Source of the DNA: Coriobacteriaceae bacterium EMTCatB1 | GTDB lineage: Bacteria; Actinomycetota; Coriobacteriia; Anaerosomatales; Anaerosomataceae | Direction of reading: 5' to 3' | DNA: 64,000 nucleotides | NCBI GenBank assembly: GCA_001950395.1 | Contig: BDLO01000001.1 | Location: 469,979 to 533,978 of the forward strand | Shown here: positions 47,603-58,135 of the stretch, piece by piece | How positions within the stretch are numbered: the first letter of the stretch is position 1 | Layout of the letters: every line of letters starts with the position of its first letter | Translations under genes and position numbers: made by a program | The notes under the pieces: model-generated | The model's database searches: none | Told to the model about the DNA's origin: nothing | What the model saw: only the letters and a program-made list of their open reading frames with translations

Positions 47603-48372
47603 GAGCCCGGAACCTTGTGAACGTTGCCGGTGTGGCGATACACCCAACAAGTGTGCAGCTCGCCGCGCAAGAGGTTCTCGCTGCGAGCCAAGAAGATCGT
47701 GGGCGGTTGTTCGTTCTCGTGAACGCGCACTCAGCAGCGCTCCGCCGACGCAGTAGCGAGTACGCGGCGGTGCTGGCTGGGGATCCAAGGTGTGTCACAT
47801 GTCTTCCCGACGGTTCTTCAGTCACCATTGCTGCTCGACTCTTGGGATGGGGGCCCATTGGGCGTTGCCCTGGACCTGACTTGCTGGAGGCTGTCTGCGC
47901 GGGTGCTGCCACAAGCGGAGTGCCGGTCTTCCTGCTGGGCGGCGAACCCGGCGTGGCAGACCAGCTATCGGAAGCCTTGAAGAGGCGACACCCAGGATTG
48001 ATGATCGCCGGCGCCGTGTCTCCGCCATTCGGTGACTGGCCCGAAGAGACCAGCCGCCAGCTTGTCGAGACGGTGCGGTCGTCAGGCGCACGGATTCTCT
48101 TCATGGGCGTCTCTGCTCCCAAGCAGGAAATCTGGGCGTACGAGCACCTCGAGGAACTCGGCATGCCGGTCGTGTGCGTTGGGGCGGCCTTCGATTTCAA
48201 CTCCGGAAGGAAGCCACGAGCGCCGAAATGGGTTCGGCGTATCGGTATGGAGTGGCTGTTCCGATTGCTCACGGAGCCTCGGCGTCTGTGGAGGCGGTAC
48301 CTGGTGGGCAACGCTCTGTTCATGTGGGACGTCGTCAGATACGGCCGTCGTCCTGCGCCTGCTCCGAAGTAA
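47599..48372 (+). CDS. tagA: WecG/TagA/CpsF-family glycosyltransferase (N-acetylmannosaminyltransferase-like)
   Basis: 257 aa with family blocks VNAHS, PDGSSV, FLLGGEPGVA, FMGVSAPKQEIWA and GAAFDF. Confidence 0.8.
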   Translation: MRARNLVNVAGVAIHPTSVQLAAQEVLAASQEDRGRLFVLVNAHSAALRRRSSEYAAVLAGDPRCVTCLPDGSSVTIAARLLGWGPIGRCPGPDLLEAVCAGAATSGVPVFLLGGEPGVADQLSEALKRRHPGLMIAGAVSPPFGDWPEETSRQLVETVRSSGARILFMGVSAPKQEIWAYEHLEELGMPVVCVGAAFDFNSGRKPRAPKWVRRIGMEWLFRLLTEPRRLWRRYLVGNALFMWDVVRYGRRPAPAPK

Positions 48373-48420
48373 GCATTCTGCTAGCATGGCCTTGCCCGCG
48401 TACGAGAGGAGACGCAGTCC

Positions 48421-49459
48421 GTGAAACGCGCGCTCATCACTGGCATCACCGGTCAGGACGGCTCGTACCTGGCTGAGCTGCTGCTCGAGAAGGGGTACGA
48501 GGTCCACGGCATCATCCGGCGGGCCTCCACCTTCAACACCGATCGCATCGACCACCTCTACCGCGATCCGCACGACCCTGATGCGCGGCTCTTCCTGCAC
48601 TACGGCGACCTTGCGGACGGCACCGGTCTGAGGCGCATCCTCGAGACGGTGCACCCCGACGAGGTGTACAACCTGGGCGCGCAGTCGCACGTGAAGGTCT
48701 CCTTCGACCAGCCGGAGTACACGGCCGACGTCGTCGCGGTGGGCACGCTGCGGCTGCTCGACGCGCTGCGCGACTACGCGAAGAACTCGGGCGCGAGCGT
48801 ACGCATGTACCAGGCCGGCTCCTCGGAGATGTTCGGCGCCGCGCCGCCCCCGCAGTCGCTTGCCACGCCGTTCTACCCGCGGAGCCCGTACGCCGTCTCG
48901 AAAGTGGCCGCGCACTGGTACTGCGTGAATTACCGCGAGGCGTACGGCATGTTCATCTGCAACGGCATCCTGTTCAACCATGAGTCCGAGCGACGCGGCG
49001 AGACGTTCGTGACCCGCAAGATCACGCGGGCGGTGGGCCGCATCAAGCACGGCCTGCAAGACAAGCTCTACCTCGGCAACCTCGACGCGAAGCGCGACTG
49101 GGGCTACGCCCCCGACTACGTCGAGGCGATGTGGCTCATGCTCCAGCAAGACGAGCCGGGGGACTACGTGGTGGCCACGGGCGAGGCGCACTCCGTGCGC
49201 GAGTTCTGCGAGGCGGCGTTCGCGGAGGTGGGGCTCGACTGGCAGGAGTACGTCGAGATCGACCCGCGGTACTTCCGGCCGACGGAGGTGGACTACCTGC
49301 TCGGCGACGCCTCGGCCACCCGCGAGAAGCTCGGATGGGCGCCGCGGGTGAGCTTCGCTGAGCTCGTGAAGCGCATGGTCGCGCACGACATGGAGCTTGC
49401 GGCACAAGAGAAGACGCTTCGCGACGCCGGCCACGACGTTGCGCTGAGGGGTCTTACGC

Positions 49460-49467
<8 letters not shown>
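48421..49467 (+). CDS. gmd: GDP-mannose 4,6-dehydratase
   Basis: [27 protein letters not shown], catalytic YAVSK, and [20 protein letters not shown] start. Confidence 0.93.
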
Positions 49468-50389
<922 letters not shown>

Positions 50390-50488
50390 GCGCGCTCGCG
50401 CTGCGAGTGCTGTGACGCGCGGTCGGGCGCGTTCGTGTCAGTCCGTTCTGGTATCGTTTCCCACTGAGGGATCCAGCGAGGGAGACGC

Positions 50489-51985
50489 ATGGCCGAGGAC
50501 GTGCAAACGCATAGCAGCGAAACGGCCGCGCGAACCGAGGGAAGCACGAGCGGGTTCCGGCGCCACAGAGGCAAGATCGTTGCTGCTCTGGTGGCGACGG
50601 ACTTCGTGGCGGCGTCTGCAAGCGCCGCGCTCGCCACGTACTTGCGCTTCGAGACGTTCAGCGCGCGGCTCGGCATCGAGAAGCTGCCGCAAGGCGCGTC
50701 GTACTACGACGCGATGTGGGCGTTCGTCGCGCTGGCGATGCTCGCCTTGTGGCGCGAGGGGCTGTACGACCTCGAGCGGCTGACCTGGGGTGCGGGGGAG
50801 TTCTCGCGCATCGCGCGGGCGATGGCCTTGGCTGCGCTCGGGTTCGTGCTCTTGAGCTTCTGGCTGAAGCTGCCCGGGCTGTCCCGCGCGTGGCTTTTGC
50901 TCGCGACGACGATCTCGTTTGCGGCGTGCTCGCTTGGCCGGCTCGCCGTGAGGACGGCTCTGCGTGCGCTCAGGCGACGCGGGCATCTCCTGCGACGCAC
51001 GCTCATCGTCGGCTCCAACCCGGAGGCGGCGGAGATTGCTCGCATCCTCAAAGGGAGCCCCGAGACGGGGCTTGCGCCCATCGGGTGCCTGGCATCGAGT
51101 CACGCCGAGTACCTGCCGCTGGGCTACTGCGACCAAGACGTGCCGATGCTGGGCGAGGCGCGGGACCTGCGCGAGATCGTTGCGGAGCACGGAGTCGACA
51201 CGGTGGTGATCGCCACGACTGCGTTCGATCACGACGTCGTGTCGCGCATGATCGCGGAGCTGCGCGACACCGGCGTGACGATACAGCTCTCGTCAGGACT
51301 CTTCGACATCCTCACCTCGCGGGTGCTGGTGAAGGAGGTCGCCGGCGTTCCGCTCATCACGGTGCGGTCGGTGTCCTTCTCACGGCGCAACGCCGTGATG
51401 AAGCGCGCGTTCGACCTGGTGGTCGCCTCGCTGGTGGTCCTGATCGGGATGCCGGTGTGGCTGCTCATCGCGGCTGCGATCACGATCGACTCGCGAGGGC
51501 CGGTGCTGTTCAAGCAGACGCGCATTGGGCGAGGAGGCAAGCCGTTCGGGATGTACAAGTTCCGCTCGATGCACCGCGACGCGGAGCAACGGCTCGCCGA
51601 GCTCCTGGAGTCCAACGAGGCGGACGGGCCGCTGTTCAAGATGAAGGACGACCCGCGCGTCACCCGCGTGGGCAAGTGGCTGAGAAGGTTTTCTATCGAC
51701 GAGTTCCCCCAGCTCATCAACGTGCTGAAAGGCGAGATGTCGCTCGTCGGCCCGCGCCCGCCGCTCCCGCGCGAGACACAGGCGTACGGAGAGCGAGAGT
51801 GGCAGCGCATGCAGGTGCCGCCAGGCATGACAGGGCTGTGGCAGGTGTCGGGCCGCTCGCGCCTGACCTTCGACGAGATGATCCGCCTCGACCTGTTCTA
51901 CATCGAGAACTGGAGCGTCGCGTTCGACCTCGCCCTGCTCGCGCGCACGGTTCCGGTGGTGTTCGGCGCCAAAGGGGCCTGGTAG
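50489..51985 (+). CDS. Undecaprenyl-phosphate sugar phosphotransferase (WbaP/EpsL-like initiating enzyme)
   Basis: N-terminal TM segments, a central Rossmann-like domain, and a C-terminal bacterial sugar transferase domain (FKQTRIGRGGKPFGMYKFRSM, DEFPQLINVLKGEMSLVGPRP). Confidence 0.88.
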   Translation: MAEDVQTHSSETAARTEGSTSGFRRHRGKIVAALVATDFVAASASAALATYLRFETFSARLGIEKLPQGASYYDAMWAFVALAMLALWREGLYDLERLTWGAGEFSRIARAMALAALGFVLLSFWLKLPGLSRAWLLLATTISFAACSLGRLAVRTALRALRRRGHLLRRTLIVGSNPEAAEIARILKGSPETGLAPIGCLASSHAEYLPLGYCDQDVPMLGEARDLREIVAEHGVDTVVIATTAFDHDVVSRMIAELRDTGVTIQLSSGLFDILTSRVLVKEVAGVPLITVRSVSFSRRNAVMKRAFDLVVASLVVLIGMPVWLLIAAAITIDSRGPVLFKQTRIGRGGKPFGMYKFRSMHRDAEQRLAELLESNEADGPLFKMKDDPRVTRVGKWLRRFSIDEFPQLINVLKGEMSLVGPRPPLPRETQAYGEREWQRMQVPPGMTGLWQVSGRSRLTFDEMIRLDLFYIENWSVAFDLALLARTVPVVFGAKGAW

Positions 51986-52008
51986 GCCAGACGGAAGGAG
52001 ACTTCGCG

Positions 52009-53097
52009 GTGCGCGTGATCATCGTCGTGGGCGCTCGCCCGAACTTCATCAAGGTCGGTCCCCTCGTGCCGGCGCTCACCGCCGCAGGCATTGCCGCCGA
52101 TCTCGTGCACACCGGCCAGCACTACGACGCTGCGATGTCGGACGTCTTCTTCGAGGACTTGGATCTGCCTGAGCCGCGCTGGTACCTGGGCGTGGGGAGC
52201 GGCACGCACGCCACGCAGACGGCTGCTGCGATGGTGAAGCTGGAGGAGCTCCTCGCGGCCGAGCGGCCAGACGCGCTCATCGTCGTGGGCGACGTCAACT
52301 CCACGCTCGCCGGCGCGCTCGCTGCGGCGAAGCTGCACATACCGGTCGTCCACGTCGAGGCGGGTTTGCGGTCGCGCGACTTCTCGATGCCCGAGGAGGT
52401 CAACCGGCTGGTGACCGACCAGCTCTCGGCACTGCTGCTCACGCCCGTGCGCGAGGCCGACGAGAACCTGCTGCGCGAAGGCGTCGATCCTTCGCGGATC
52501 CGCTTCGTCGGCAACATCATGGCTCAGAGCCTTCTCGAGCACCTGTCGCAGGCGCGCGATCGACGCGCGTGCGAACGCTACGGGCTCGAACCCGGCGGCT
52601 ACGTGCTCGCCACCATCCATCGCCCCGAGAACACCGACCACCCCGAGCGTCTGGCGGAGATCGCCGCCGCGCTCAAGTACTCGCCGTTGCCGGTGCTGTT
52701 CCCTGTGCACCCGCGGACGCGACCGCGGATCGCGGAGCACGGGATCGTGCCGGGGACGCGCGGGGTGACGCTCGCCGACCCTGTGGGCTACCTGGACATG
52801 CTCTCGTTGCAGCACGACGCCGCTGCGATCGTGACGGACTCGGGGGGCGTCCAGGAGGAGGCGTGCATGCTGCGCACGCCGTGCGTGACGGTGCGCCGCA
52901 GCACAGAGCGGCGCATCACGATCGACGTGGGCGCCAACCGTCTCGTGGGAGCGTGGCGCGAGCGGATACTTGCGGCGCTGGAGGAGGCGCTGGCGTCGAA
53001 CCGCGACTGGCCGCTCCCGGAGCTGTGGGACGAGGGCGTGGCGTCGCGGATCGCACAGGCGCTGTCGGATGGGGTCGAACCGATGCCGGGGGTGTGA
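52009..53097 (+). CDS. wecB: UDP-N-acetylglucosamine 2-epimerase (non-hydrolysing)
   Basis: GTG 52009 follows GGAAGGAG and gives VRVIIVVGARPNFIK ... HTGQHYD. The upstream 1.3 kb of ORF 50716..53097 overlaps the transferase gene in another frame and is rejected. Confidence 0.88.
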   Translation: MRVIIVVGARPNFIKVGPLVPALTAAGIAADLVHTGQHYDAAMSDVFFEDLDLPEPRWYLGVGSGTHATQTAAAMVKLEELLAAERPDALIVVGDVNSTLAGALAAAKLHIPVVHVEAGLRSRDFSMPEEVNRLVTDQLSALLLTPVREADENLLREGVDPSRIRFVGNIMAQSLLEHLSQARDRRACERYGLEPGGYVLATIHRPENTDHPERLAEIAAALKYSPLPVLFPVHPRTRPRIAEHGIVPGTRGVTLADPVGYLDMLSLQHDAAAIVTDSGGVQEEACMLRTPCVTVRRSTERRITIDVGANRLVGAWRERILAALEEALASNRDWPLPELWDEGVASRIAQALSDGVEPMPGV

Positions 53098-53098
53098 G

Positions 53099-54079
53099 AT
53101 GCGAGTGCTCGTGACTGGGGGAGCGGGCTACGTCGGCAGCGTGAGCGTCAGGAGCTTGCTCGACGCTGGGCACGAAGTGGTGGTGCTCGACACGCTGGAA
53201 CGGGGGCATCGCTGGGCGGTGGATGACCGGGCTGACTTCGTGGTGGGCGACGTGGGCGATCCGGAGGCCGTGCGTGAGGCGGTCTACTGCGTTGACGCGG
53301 TGCTGCACTGCGCCGGCTACATCGACGTGGCCGAGTCCGTCCGGGAGCCCGAGCGCTACTTCGAGAACAACACCGAGAAGCCGAGGGTGCTGCTCGACGA
53401 GATGCGCGCGGCGGGGGTGGACGCGCTGGTGTTCTCGTCGACGGCGGCGGTGTACGGAGAGCCCGAGGAGGTGCCCATCCCGGAAGATGCGCCGCTGCGG
53501 CCCGTGAGCCCGTACGGCGAGAGCAAACGGCGCTTCGAGGAGGCGCTTGCCGCGGCAGAAGCCGAGTGGGGGCTGCGATGGGCCGCGCTCAGGTACTTCA
53601 ACGTGGCCGGAGCGACACCGGACGGGACGCTCGGCGAGGCCCACGACCCTGAGACGCACATCATCCCGCGGGTTCTCGGCGCGATTCTCTATGGCGATCC
53701 CGAGTTCACCGTGTTCGGAAGCGACTACCCGACGGCCGACGGCACGTGCGTCCGTGACTACATCCACGTGTGCGATCTTGCAGACGCGCACCGCCGCGCA
53801 CTCGAGCACCTCGCCAAGGGCGGCGACAGTCTCGCGTGCAACCTGGGCACCGGCCGGGGATGGTCGAATCTCGAGGTGGTGCGCACCTGCTCCGAGGTGA
53901 CTGGCGCAGACGTGCGCGTCGTGTTCGGGCCGCGGCGGGAAGGCGACCCGGCGATGCTCGTGGCCAAGCCCGGACGCGCTGAGAGGACGCTCGGATGGAC
54001 GCCAAGGCGAAGCGACCTCGTGACGATCGTCGAGGATGCGTGGAGGTGGGAGTCCAAAGGGCGGCACGCGGTGACGTGA
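53099..54079 (+). CDS. galE: UDP-glucose 4-epimerase
   Basis: ATG 53099 gives MRVLVTGGAGYVGS. Catalytic YGESK. About 326 aa. Confidence 0.88.
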   Translation: MRVLVTGGAGYVGSVSVRSLLDAGHEVVVLDTLERGHRWAVDDRADFVVGDVGDPEAVREAVYCVDAVLHCAGYIDVAESVREPERYFENNTEKPRVLLDEMRAAGVDALVFSSTAAVYGEPEEVPIPEDAPLRPVSPYGESKRRFEEALAAAEAEWGLRWAALRYFNVAGATPDGTLGEAHDPETHIIPRVLGAILYGDPEFTVFGSDYPTADGTCVRDYIHVCDLADAHRRALEHLAKGGDSLACNLGTGRGWSNLEVVRTCSEVTGADVRVVFGPRREGDPAMLVAKPGRAERTLGWTPRRSDLVTIVEDAWRWESKGRHAVT

Positions 54080-54155
54080 GGTTCGTGTCAGTGGGGTGTG
54101 ATAGCATCTCGTCACCGAGAGGGCTCACAGCAGCAGGCAATAAGAAGGGGGGCGC

Positions 54156-56345
54156 ATGGTGGTCGTACGTCGTGGGTTCGGACTGATCTCTTGCGTGCTG
54201 GTTATCGCGTTAGTGGTTTCGCAGGCGGGAATTGCGTCTGGGGCTGCTGCGGTGATCGCTGTTCGACCGGACGGGGGCGAGGACAAGGCGATCACGGAAG
54301 TGCTCGGGAAGCAGCCAGCACAAGCCGTTCTGCCGGCGAGCCTCGCTCCGTGCTCGATTCCAGGAGCCGTGGATCTGCCACCGTCTCCTGCGGTCGGCGC
54401 TCTCGACGCCGCCACGCACGCCGTGGACGTCTACCGTATCGCGCTTCCGGCTGACACGCGGCTTGCCTGCACGCTGACAGGGGATTCTGCGCTGGACGCG
54501 GACGTGTACGTGTTCTCTGGAGACGCCACCGTGGTCGATCCCGCGGTCGCGCTTGCTGGGAGCGTGGGCGACGAGTTCCCGAAGACGGTCGTCTTTGACG
54601 TGCCCGACGCGCTTGGCGCCGGCGACTACTACGTCGCAGTGCGCGCTGCAGCGGGCGCAGGCGACTACCAGCTGGCGTGGTCGACGTGCGCGATGCCAGC
54701 CACCGCAGACGACGACGTGCCGGGGAGCGCGCTCAGCGCCTCAGAGGGATCGGTCGTCGATTCGCTTGCGTGGCCATGCGACACGTTCGACGTCTTCGCA
54801 ATCGACGTCGCCGCTGGCCAACGGCTGGAAGCGTCCGTGACCGGGCCTTCTGGAGCGGACTTCGATCTTCTGGTGTACGCGCCAGGGACGTCGAGCGTGT
54901 ACGGTACGCTGCCCGTAGCGGGCTCAGCGGGTCCCGGATCTTCCGAGGCGCTGATGCACGACGTTTTCGCAGGAGAGGGAGGAACGTACTACCTCGCCGT
55001 CCGCTCAGTGCGCGGCTCGGGGGCGTACACACTCACGTGGAAGGTGTCGTCCGTGCCCGCGGGTGCGTGGGAGGACTTCGACGCCGCTTCTGCCCTGGTT
55101 GGTGCGACCGGATCGCAGCTCGGGACGCTTGATCGCGCGACGGACGCGAACGACGTTTTCAAGGTCGCGCTCCTCGCGGGGCAGCGCCTCACGGTGACGC
55201 TGAACGGCGGCGCTTCAACCGATTTCGACCTCTACCTGCACGCTCCAGACAAGTCGCACGTCGTGGCGTACTCGAATGATTCGGCATACCCGGATCGGAT
55301 CGTGCACGACGCCACCGCCGACGGCGAGTACTTCCTCGAGGTGCGCGCGTTCAGCGGCGCGGGTGGCTATCAGATCGAATGGTCCATCGGCACGACGCCG
55401 GTGTTCGTCGGAACTGCACGCGAAGCGGGCGCGGACAGGTACCTCACCGCTATCGAGGTCTCGCGCAAGACGTTCCCGGACGGCTCGGCGCGGGCAGTCG
55501 TCCTCGCAAGCGGCGAGGCGTTCCCGGACGCCCTGTGCGCCTCAGGTCTCGCAGGATGCCTGCGATCGCCCGTCCTTCTGACTCGGGCAAGCTCACTTCC
55601 GAGCGCTGTGCTCCTTGAAATCGGACGGCTGGGAGCCACGAAGGTCTACATCGTGGGAGGTCCGGGCGCCGTTTCGGATGGCGTGAAGAAGTCGCTCCAA
55701 GATGCGGGGCTCACGGTCGAGCGTGTGTACGGCGGCGACCGTTACGCCACCGCGCGGGCGGTTGCCGACAAAGTCCGCGTTCTGGCGGGTGCGTGCTTCG
55801 CGAAGACGGCGTTCCTCGTGCGTGGCGACGACTATGCGGACGCCCTGTCGGCCTCTGCTGCGGCGTATGCCCTGAGGGTTCCGATCGTCTTGACGCGTAC
55901 TTCAGCTTTGAGCTCCGCGGCACAAGCGGCGATCACCGGCAACGGCATCGAAACCGTCTACATCGTGGGAGGCACCGGTGTGGTCTCTGACGACGTCAAG
56001 ACCGAGGTGAGCGGTCTTGTGGGCGGCCCGGTGATACGACTCTCCGGGACGGACCGGTACGCGACAGCCGTCGAGGTCTCGCGCTATGCGCTGCGGTACT
56101 ACTGGCTCGAGAGCGACACGGTGTTCCTCGCGCGCGGTGACGCGTTCCCGGACGCCCTCGGTGGCGGCGCCGCTGCGGGTGCGAAGGCGGCTGCGCTTCT
56201 GCTGACGCGGCCCACCGTGTTGAGCGATCCGACGAGAGATCACCTCGCAGGACACAAGGGTGAGATCACAGCCGTGCGCATCATCGGCGGCGTGGGCGCT
56301 GTGTCGGACGACGTGAAGACGGCCGTGGAGAACGTGCTCAAGTAG
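54156..56345 (+). CDS. Secreted cell-wall protein: three PPC (pre-peptidase C-terminal)-like domains plus three CWB2 repeats; S-layer candidate
   Basis: Signal peptide (LISCVLVIALVVSQAGIASGAAA). Three modules of the type D-x-(Y/F)-x-(I/V)-x-(L/V)-x3-(T/Q)RL...D(A/F)D(L/V)Y(L/V)...G-x-Y(Y/F)(L/V)-x-VR...G-x-Y-x-(L/I)-x-W. From about nt 55425 there are three CWB2 repeats (G-x-DRY-x-TA...(F/Y)-x-DAL...P(V/I)(L/V)LT...(V/I)Y(I/L)VGG...VS). Confidence 0.8.
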   Translation: MVVVRRGFGLISCVLVIALVVSQAGIASGAAAVIAVRPDGGEDKAITEVLGKQPAQAVLPASLAPCSIPGAVDLPPSPAVGALDAATHAVDVYRIALPADTRLACTLTGDSALDADVYVFSGDATVVDPAVALAGSVGDEFPKTVVFDVPDALGAGDYYVAVRAAAGAGDYQLAWSTCAMPATADDDVPGSALSASEGSVVDSLAWPCDTFDVFAIDVAAGQRLEASVTGPSGADFDLLVYAPGTSSVYGTLPVAGSAGPGSSEALMHDVFAGEGGTYYLAVRSVRGSGAYTLTWKVSSVPAGAWEDFDAASALVGATGSQLGTLDRATDANDVFKVALLAGQRLTVTLNGGASTDFDLYLHAPDKSHVVAYSNDSAYPDRIVHDATADGEYFLEVRAFSGAGGYQIEWSIGTTPVFVGTAREAGADRYLTAIEVSRKTFPDGSARAVVLASGEAFPDALCASGLAGCLRSPVLLTRASSLPSAVLLEIGRLGATKVYIVGGPGAVSDGVKKSLQDAGLTVERVYGGDRYATARAVADKVRVLAGACFAKTAFLVRGDDYADALSASAAAYALRVPIVLTRTSALSSAAQAAITGNGIETVYIVGGTGVVSDDVKTEVSGLVGGPVIRLSGTDRYATAVEVSRYALRYYWLESDTVFLARGDAFPDALGGGAAAGAKAAALLLTRPTVLSDPTRDHLAGHKGEITAVRIIGGVGAVSDDVKTAVENVLK

Positions 56346-56409
56346 CGGGAGGGCTTCCCCTAGAGGTGAAGAACCGGTACAATCCGTTCCGCTGCGCGAA
56401 GCAGCGTAC

Positions 56410-56484
56410 GGGCGATTAGCTCAGTGGGAGAGCGCTTCCTTCACACGGAAGAAGTCGCAGGTTCAAATCCTGCATCGCCCACCA
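56410..56484 (+). tRNA. tRNA-Val (anticodon CAC), CCA encoded
   Basis: Acceptor GGGCGAT/ATCGCCC, anticodon arm CTTCC-TTCACAC-GGAAG, T arm GCAGG-TTCAAAT-CCTGC. Confidence 0.9.
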
Positions 56485-56492
56485 ACCGCAAG

Positions 56493-56527
56493 ACGGCCCC
56501 GTGCTGAGCACGGGGCCGTTTCGTATT
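56493..56527 (+). terminator. Rho-independent terminator after tRNA-Val
   Basis: Perfect 12-bp stem ACGGCCCCGTGC-TGA-GCACGGGGCCGT followed by TTCGTATT. Confidence 0.75.
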
Positions 56528-56539
56528 CGGAATTGTTCT

Positions 56540-56557
56540 TTGTAACAATGTTTACAA
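56540..56557. promoter_or_regulatory. Rex-like operator 1, overlapping the putative nuo promoter -35
   Basis: TTGTAAC-AATG-TTTACAA compared with the Rex-type TTGTGAA-N4-TTCACAA. TTTACA (56551-56556), an 18-nt spacer, then TATATG (56575-56580) could be the promoter. Confidence 0.5.
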
Positions 56558-56657
56558 ACCCGACACGCGCATGCTATATGTCCCCCAACTGCGGAAAGCC
56601 GGATGGAAGCTTCGCGGAAGTTCCCGGCAGGAGCGCCAAGCACTATCGCGAATTCGC

Positions 56658-56675
56658 TTGTAACGCAAGTTACAC
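56658..56675. promoter_or_regulatory. Rex-like operator 2 just upstream of nuoA
   Basis: TTGTAAC-GCAA-GTTACAC, a near-perfect inverted repeat with the same half-site as operator 1. It ends 16 nt upstream of the nuoA ATG. Confidence 0.5.
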
Positions 56676-56691
56676 AGTGCGTCTAGGCAGG

Positions 56692-57075
56692 ATGTGTGGG
56701 GGTGAAGGGGCCGTGCAGGGTACCTCGTCCGTGCTGTTCGCAGCGGGGCTCGTGATTGGTCCCGCTGCGTTTCTCATGATCTTGCTCGGTCTCCAGCGAT
56801 TGCTCGCTCCGAGCCGCCCAGATGACGTGAAGCAGAGCGCGTTCGAGTGCGGCATCCCTCAGGCCGACATCCCGTGGAAGCCGTTCAACGTGCGGTTCGC
56901 GGGCATCGCAGCGCTGTTCGTGCTGTTCGACGTGGAGAGCGTGATGCTCTTTGCCGTCGCCCCGAAGGTGAAGGGGTCGGTGGCGGGAGTCCTCGAGGTC
57001 GCCGCGTTCGTCGTCATGCTGGCCATAGGGCTGGTGTACGCGTGGAGGAAGGGCCTGCTTTCATGGCTGCGATAG
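56692..57075 (+). CDS. nuoA: NADH-quinone oxidoreductase subunit A
   Basis: Three TM segments and the conserved FECGIP and FDVE motifs. The start (ATG 56692 or GTG 56713) is uncertain. The ORF-track start 56533 lies in the promoter region. Confidence 0.85.
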   Translation: MCGGEGAVQGTSSVLFAAGLVIGPAAFLMILLGLQRLLAPSRPDDVKQSAFECGIPQADIPWKPFNVRFAGIAALFVLFDVESVMLFAVAPKVKGSVAGVLEVAAFVVMLAIGLVYAWRKGLLSWLR

Positions 57076-57674
57076 ACGATCTCGCGAAGCTTCTGGAGGA
57101 GACCCCAGGCGGCGGGGTCGTGCTGACGACCTTGGACGCGGTCATGAACTGGGCCCGCGGGAAGTCGCTCTGGACGTTCCCGATGGGCACGGCGTGCTGT
57201 GCGATGGAGCTCATCGCCGCGTCGTTCTCGCGGTTCGACTTCGACCGCCACGGCACCATCCCGCGCCCAGACCCGAGGCACTGCGACGTGATGGTGGTCG
57301 CAGGCACGGTGACGCGCAAGATGATGCCGGCCGTGAAGCGGATCTACGACCAGATGCCCGAGCCGAGGTGGGTCATCGCGATGGGCAACTGCGCCGTCTC
57401 TGGCGGGATCTTCTACTACGACTCGTACTCGGTCGTGCGCGGCGTAGACGAGTTCCTGCCGGTCGACGTCTACATCGCCGGCTGCCCGCCGAGGCCGGAG
57501 GCGCTGCAAGACGCCGTCTTGCAGCTGCGCAAGAAGATCGCCGCCCAGTCGATCTCGCCGAAACGGACGCGAGCCGTCCAGAGCGACCTTGCCATGCCCT
57601 CGGATCCCCGCAAGGGCGACGTGACGGCCACGCGTGCTGACGCGGCTGGGGACGTCAGCGAGGTGACGTCGTGA
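57063..57674 (+). CDS. nuoB: NADH-quinone oxidoreductase subunit B (N2 cluster subunit) with a ~45-aa C-terminal extension
   Basis: ATG 57063. Motifs [24 protein letters not shown] and GCPPRPE. A non-conserved, charge-rich tail follows the LRKKI region. Confidence 0.92.
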   Translation: MAAIDDLAKLLEETPGGGVVLTTLDAVMNWARGKSLWTFPMGTACCAMELIAASFSRFDFDRHGTIPRPDPRHCDVMVVAGTVTRKMMPAVKRIYDQMPEPRWVIAMGNCAVSGGIFYYDSYSVVRGVDEFLPVDVYIAGCPPRPEALQDAVLQLRKKIAAQSISPKRTRAVQSDLAMPSDPRKGDVTATRADAAGDVSEVTS

Positions 57675-58132
57675 GGATCGAGGAGCTTCGCGAGCGCGTC
57701 TGCGCCATGTACCCGGATCTGTGCCCGCTGTTCTCGATCGAGTTCGGCGACGGAACGATAGCCGTTCCCCTGGAGAGGATCCACTCGGCGTTGGCCGACC
57801 TGAAGGACATGGGCTTCGACCGCCTCGGCATGGTCACGGCGGTCGACCGCGGCGAGGACTTCGAGCTCGTCTACCGTCTCCAATCGCGGACCCTGCGCGC
57901 AGGGATGTTCGTGAAGACCATGGTGCCGCGTTCCGATCCGAAGATCCCGAGCGTGTGCGACCTGTGGCCTGCGGCGAACTGGCAGGAGCGCGAGGTGTAC
58001 GACCTGTTCGGCGTCGTGTTCGAGGGCCACCCGGACCTTCGCAGGATCCTCCTTCCTGACGACTGGGTCGGGCACCCGCTGCGCAAGGACTACCAGGACG
58101 AACGCATCATCCGTCGGCCGGACTACATCTAG
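57671..58132 (+). CDS. nuoC: NADH-quinone oxidoreductase subunit C
   Basis: 153 aa with [26 protein letters not shown], typical of NuoC. The start overlaps the nuoB stop. Confidence 0.9.
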   Translation: MRIEELRERVCAMYPDLCPLFSIEFGDGTIAVPLERIHSALADLKDMGFDRLGMVTAVDRGEDFELVYRLQSRTLRAGMFVKTMVPRSDPKIPSVCDLWPAANWQEREVYDLFGVVFEGHPDLRRILLPDDWVGHPLRKDYQDERIIRRPDYI

Positions 58133-58135
58133 GCG

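Noticed and set aside
50716-52008. N-terminal 431 codons of ORF 50716..53097, the upstream extension of wecB
   Set aside because: This part overlaps the sugar-phosphotransferase gene in a different frame and translates to Arg/Ala/Gly-rich nonsense. The WecB homology begins at GTG 52009, which follows a good RBS.
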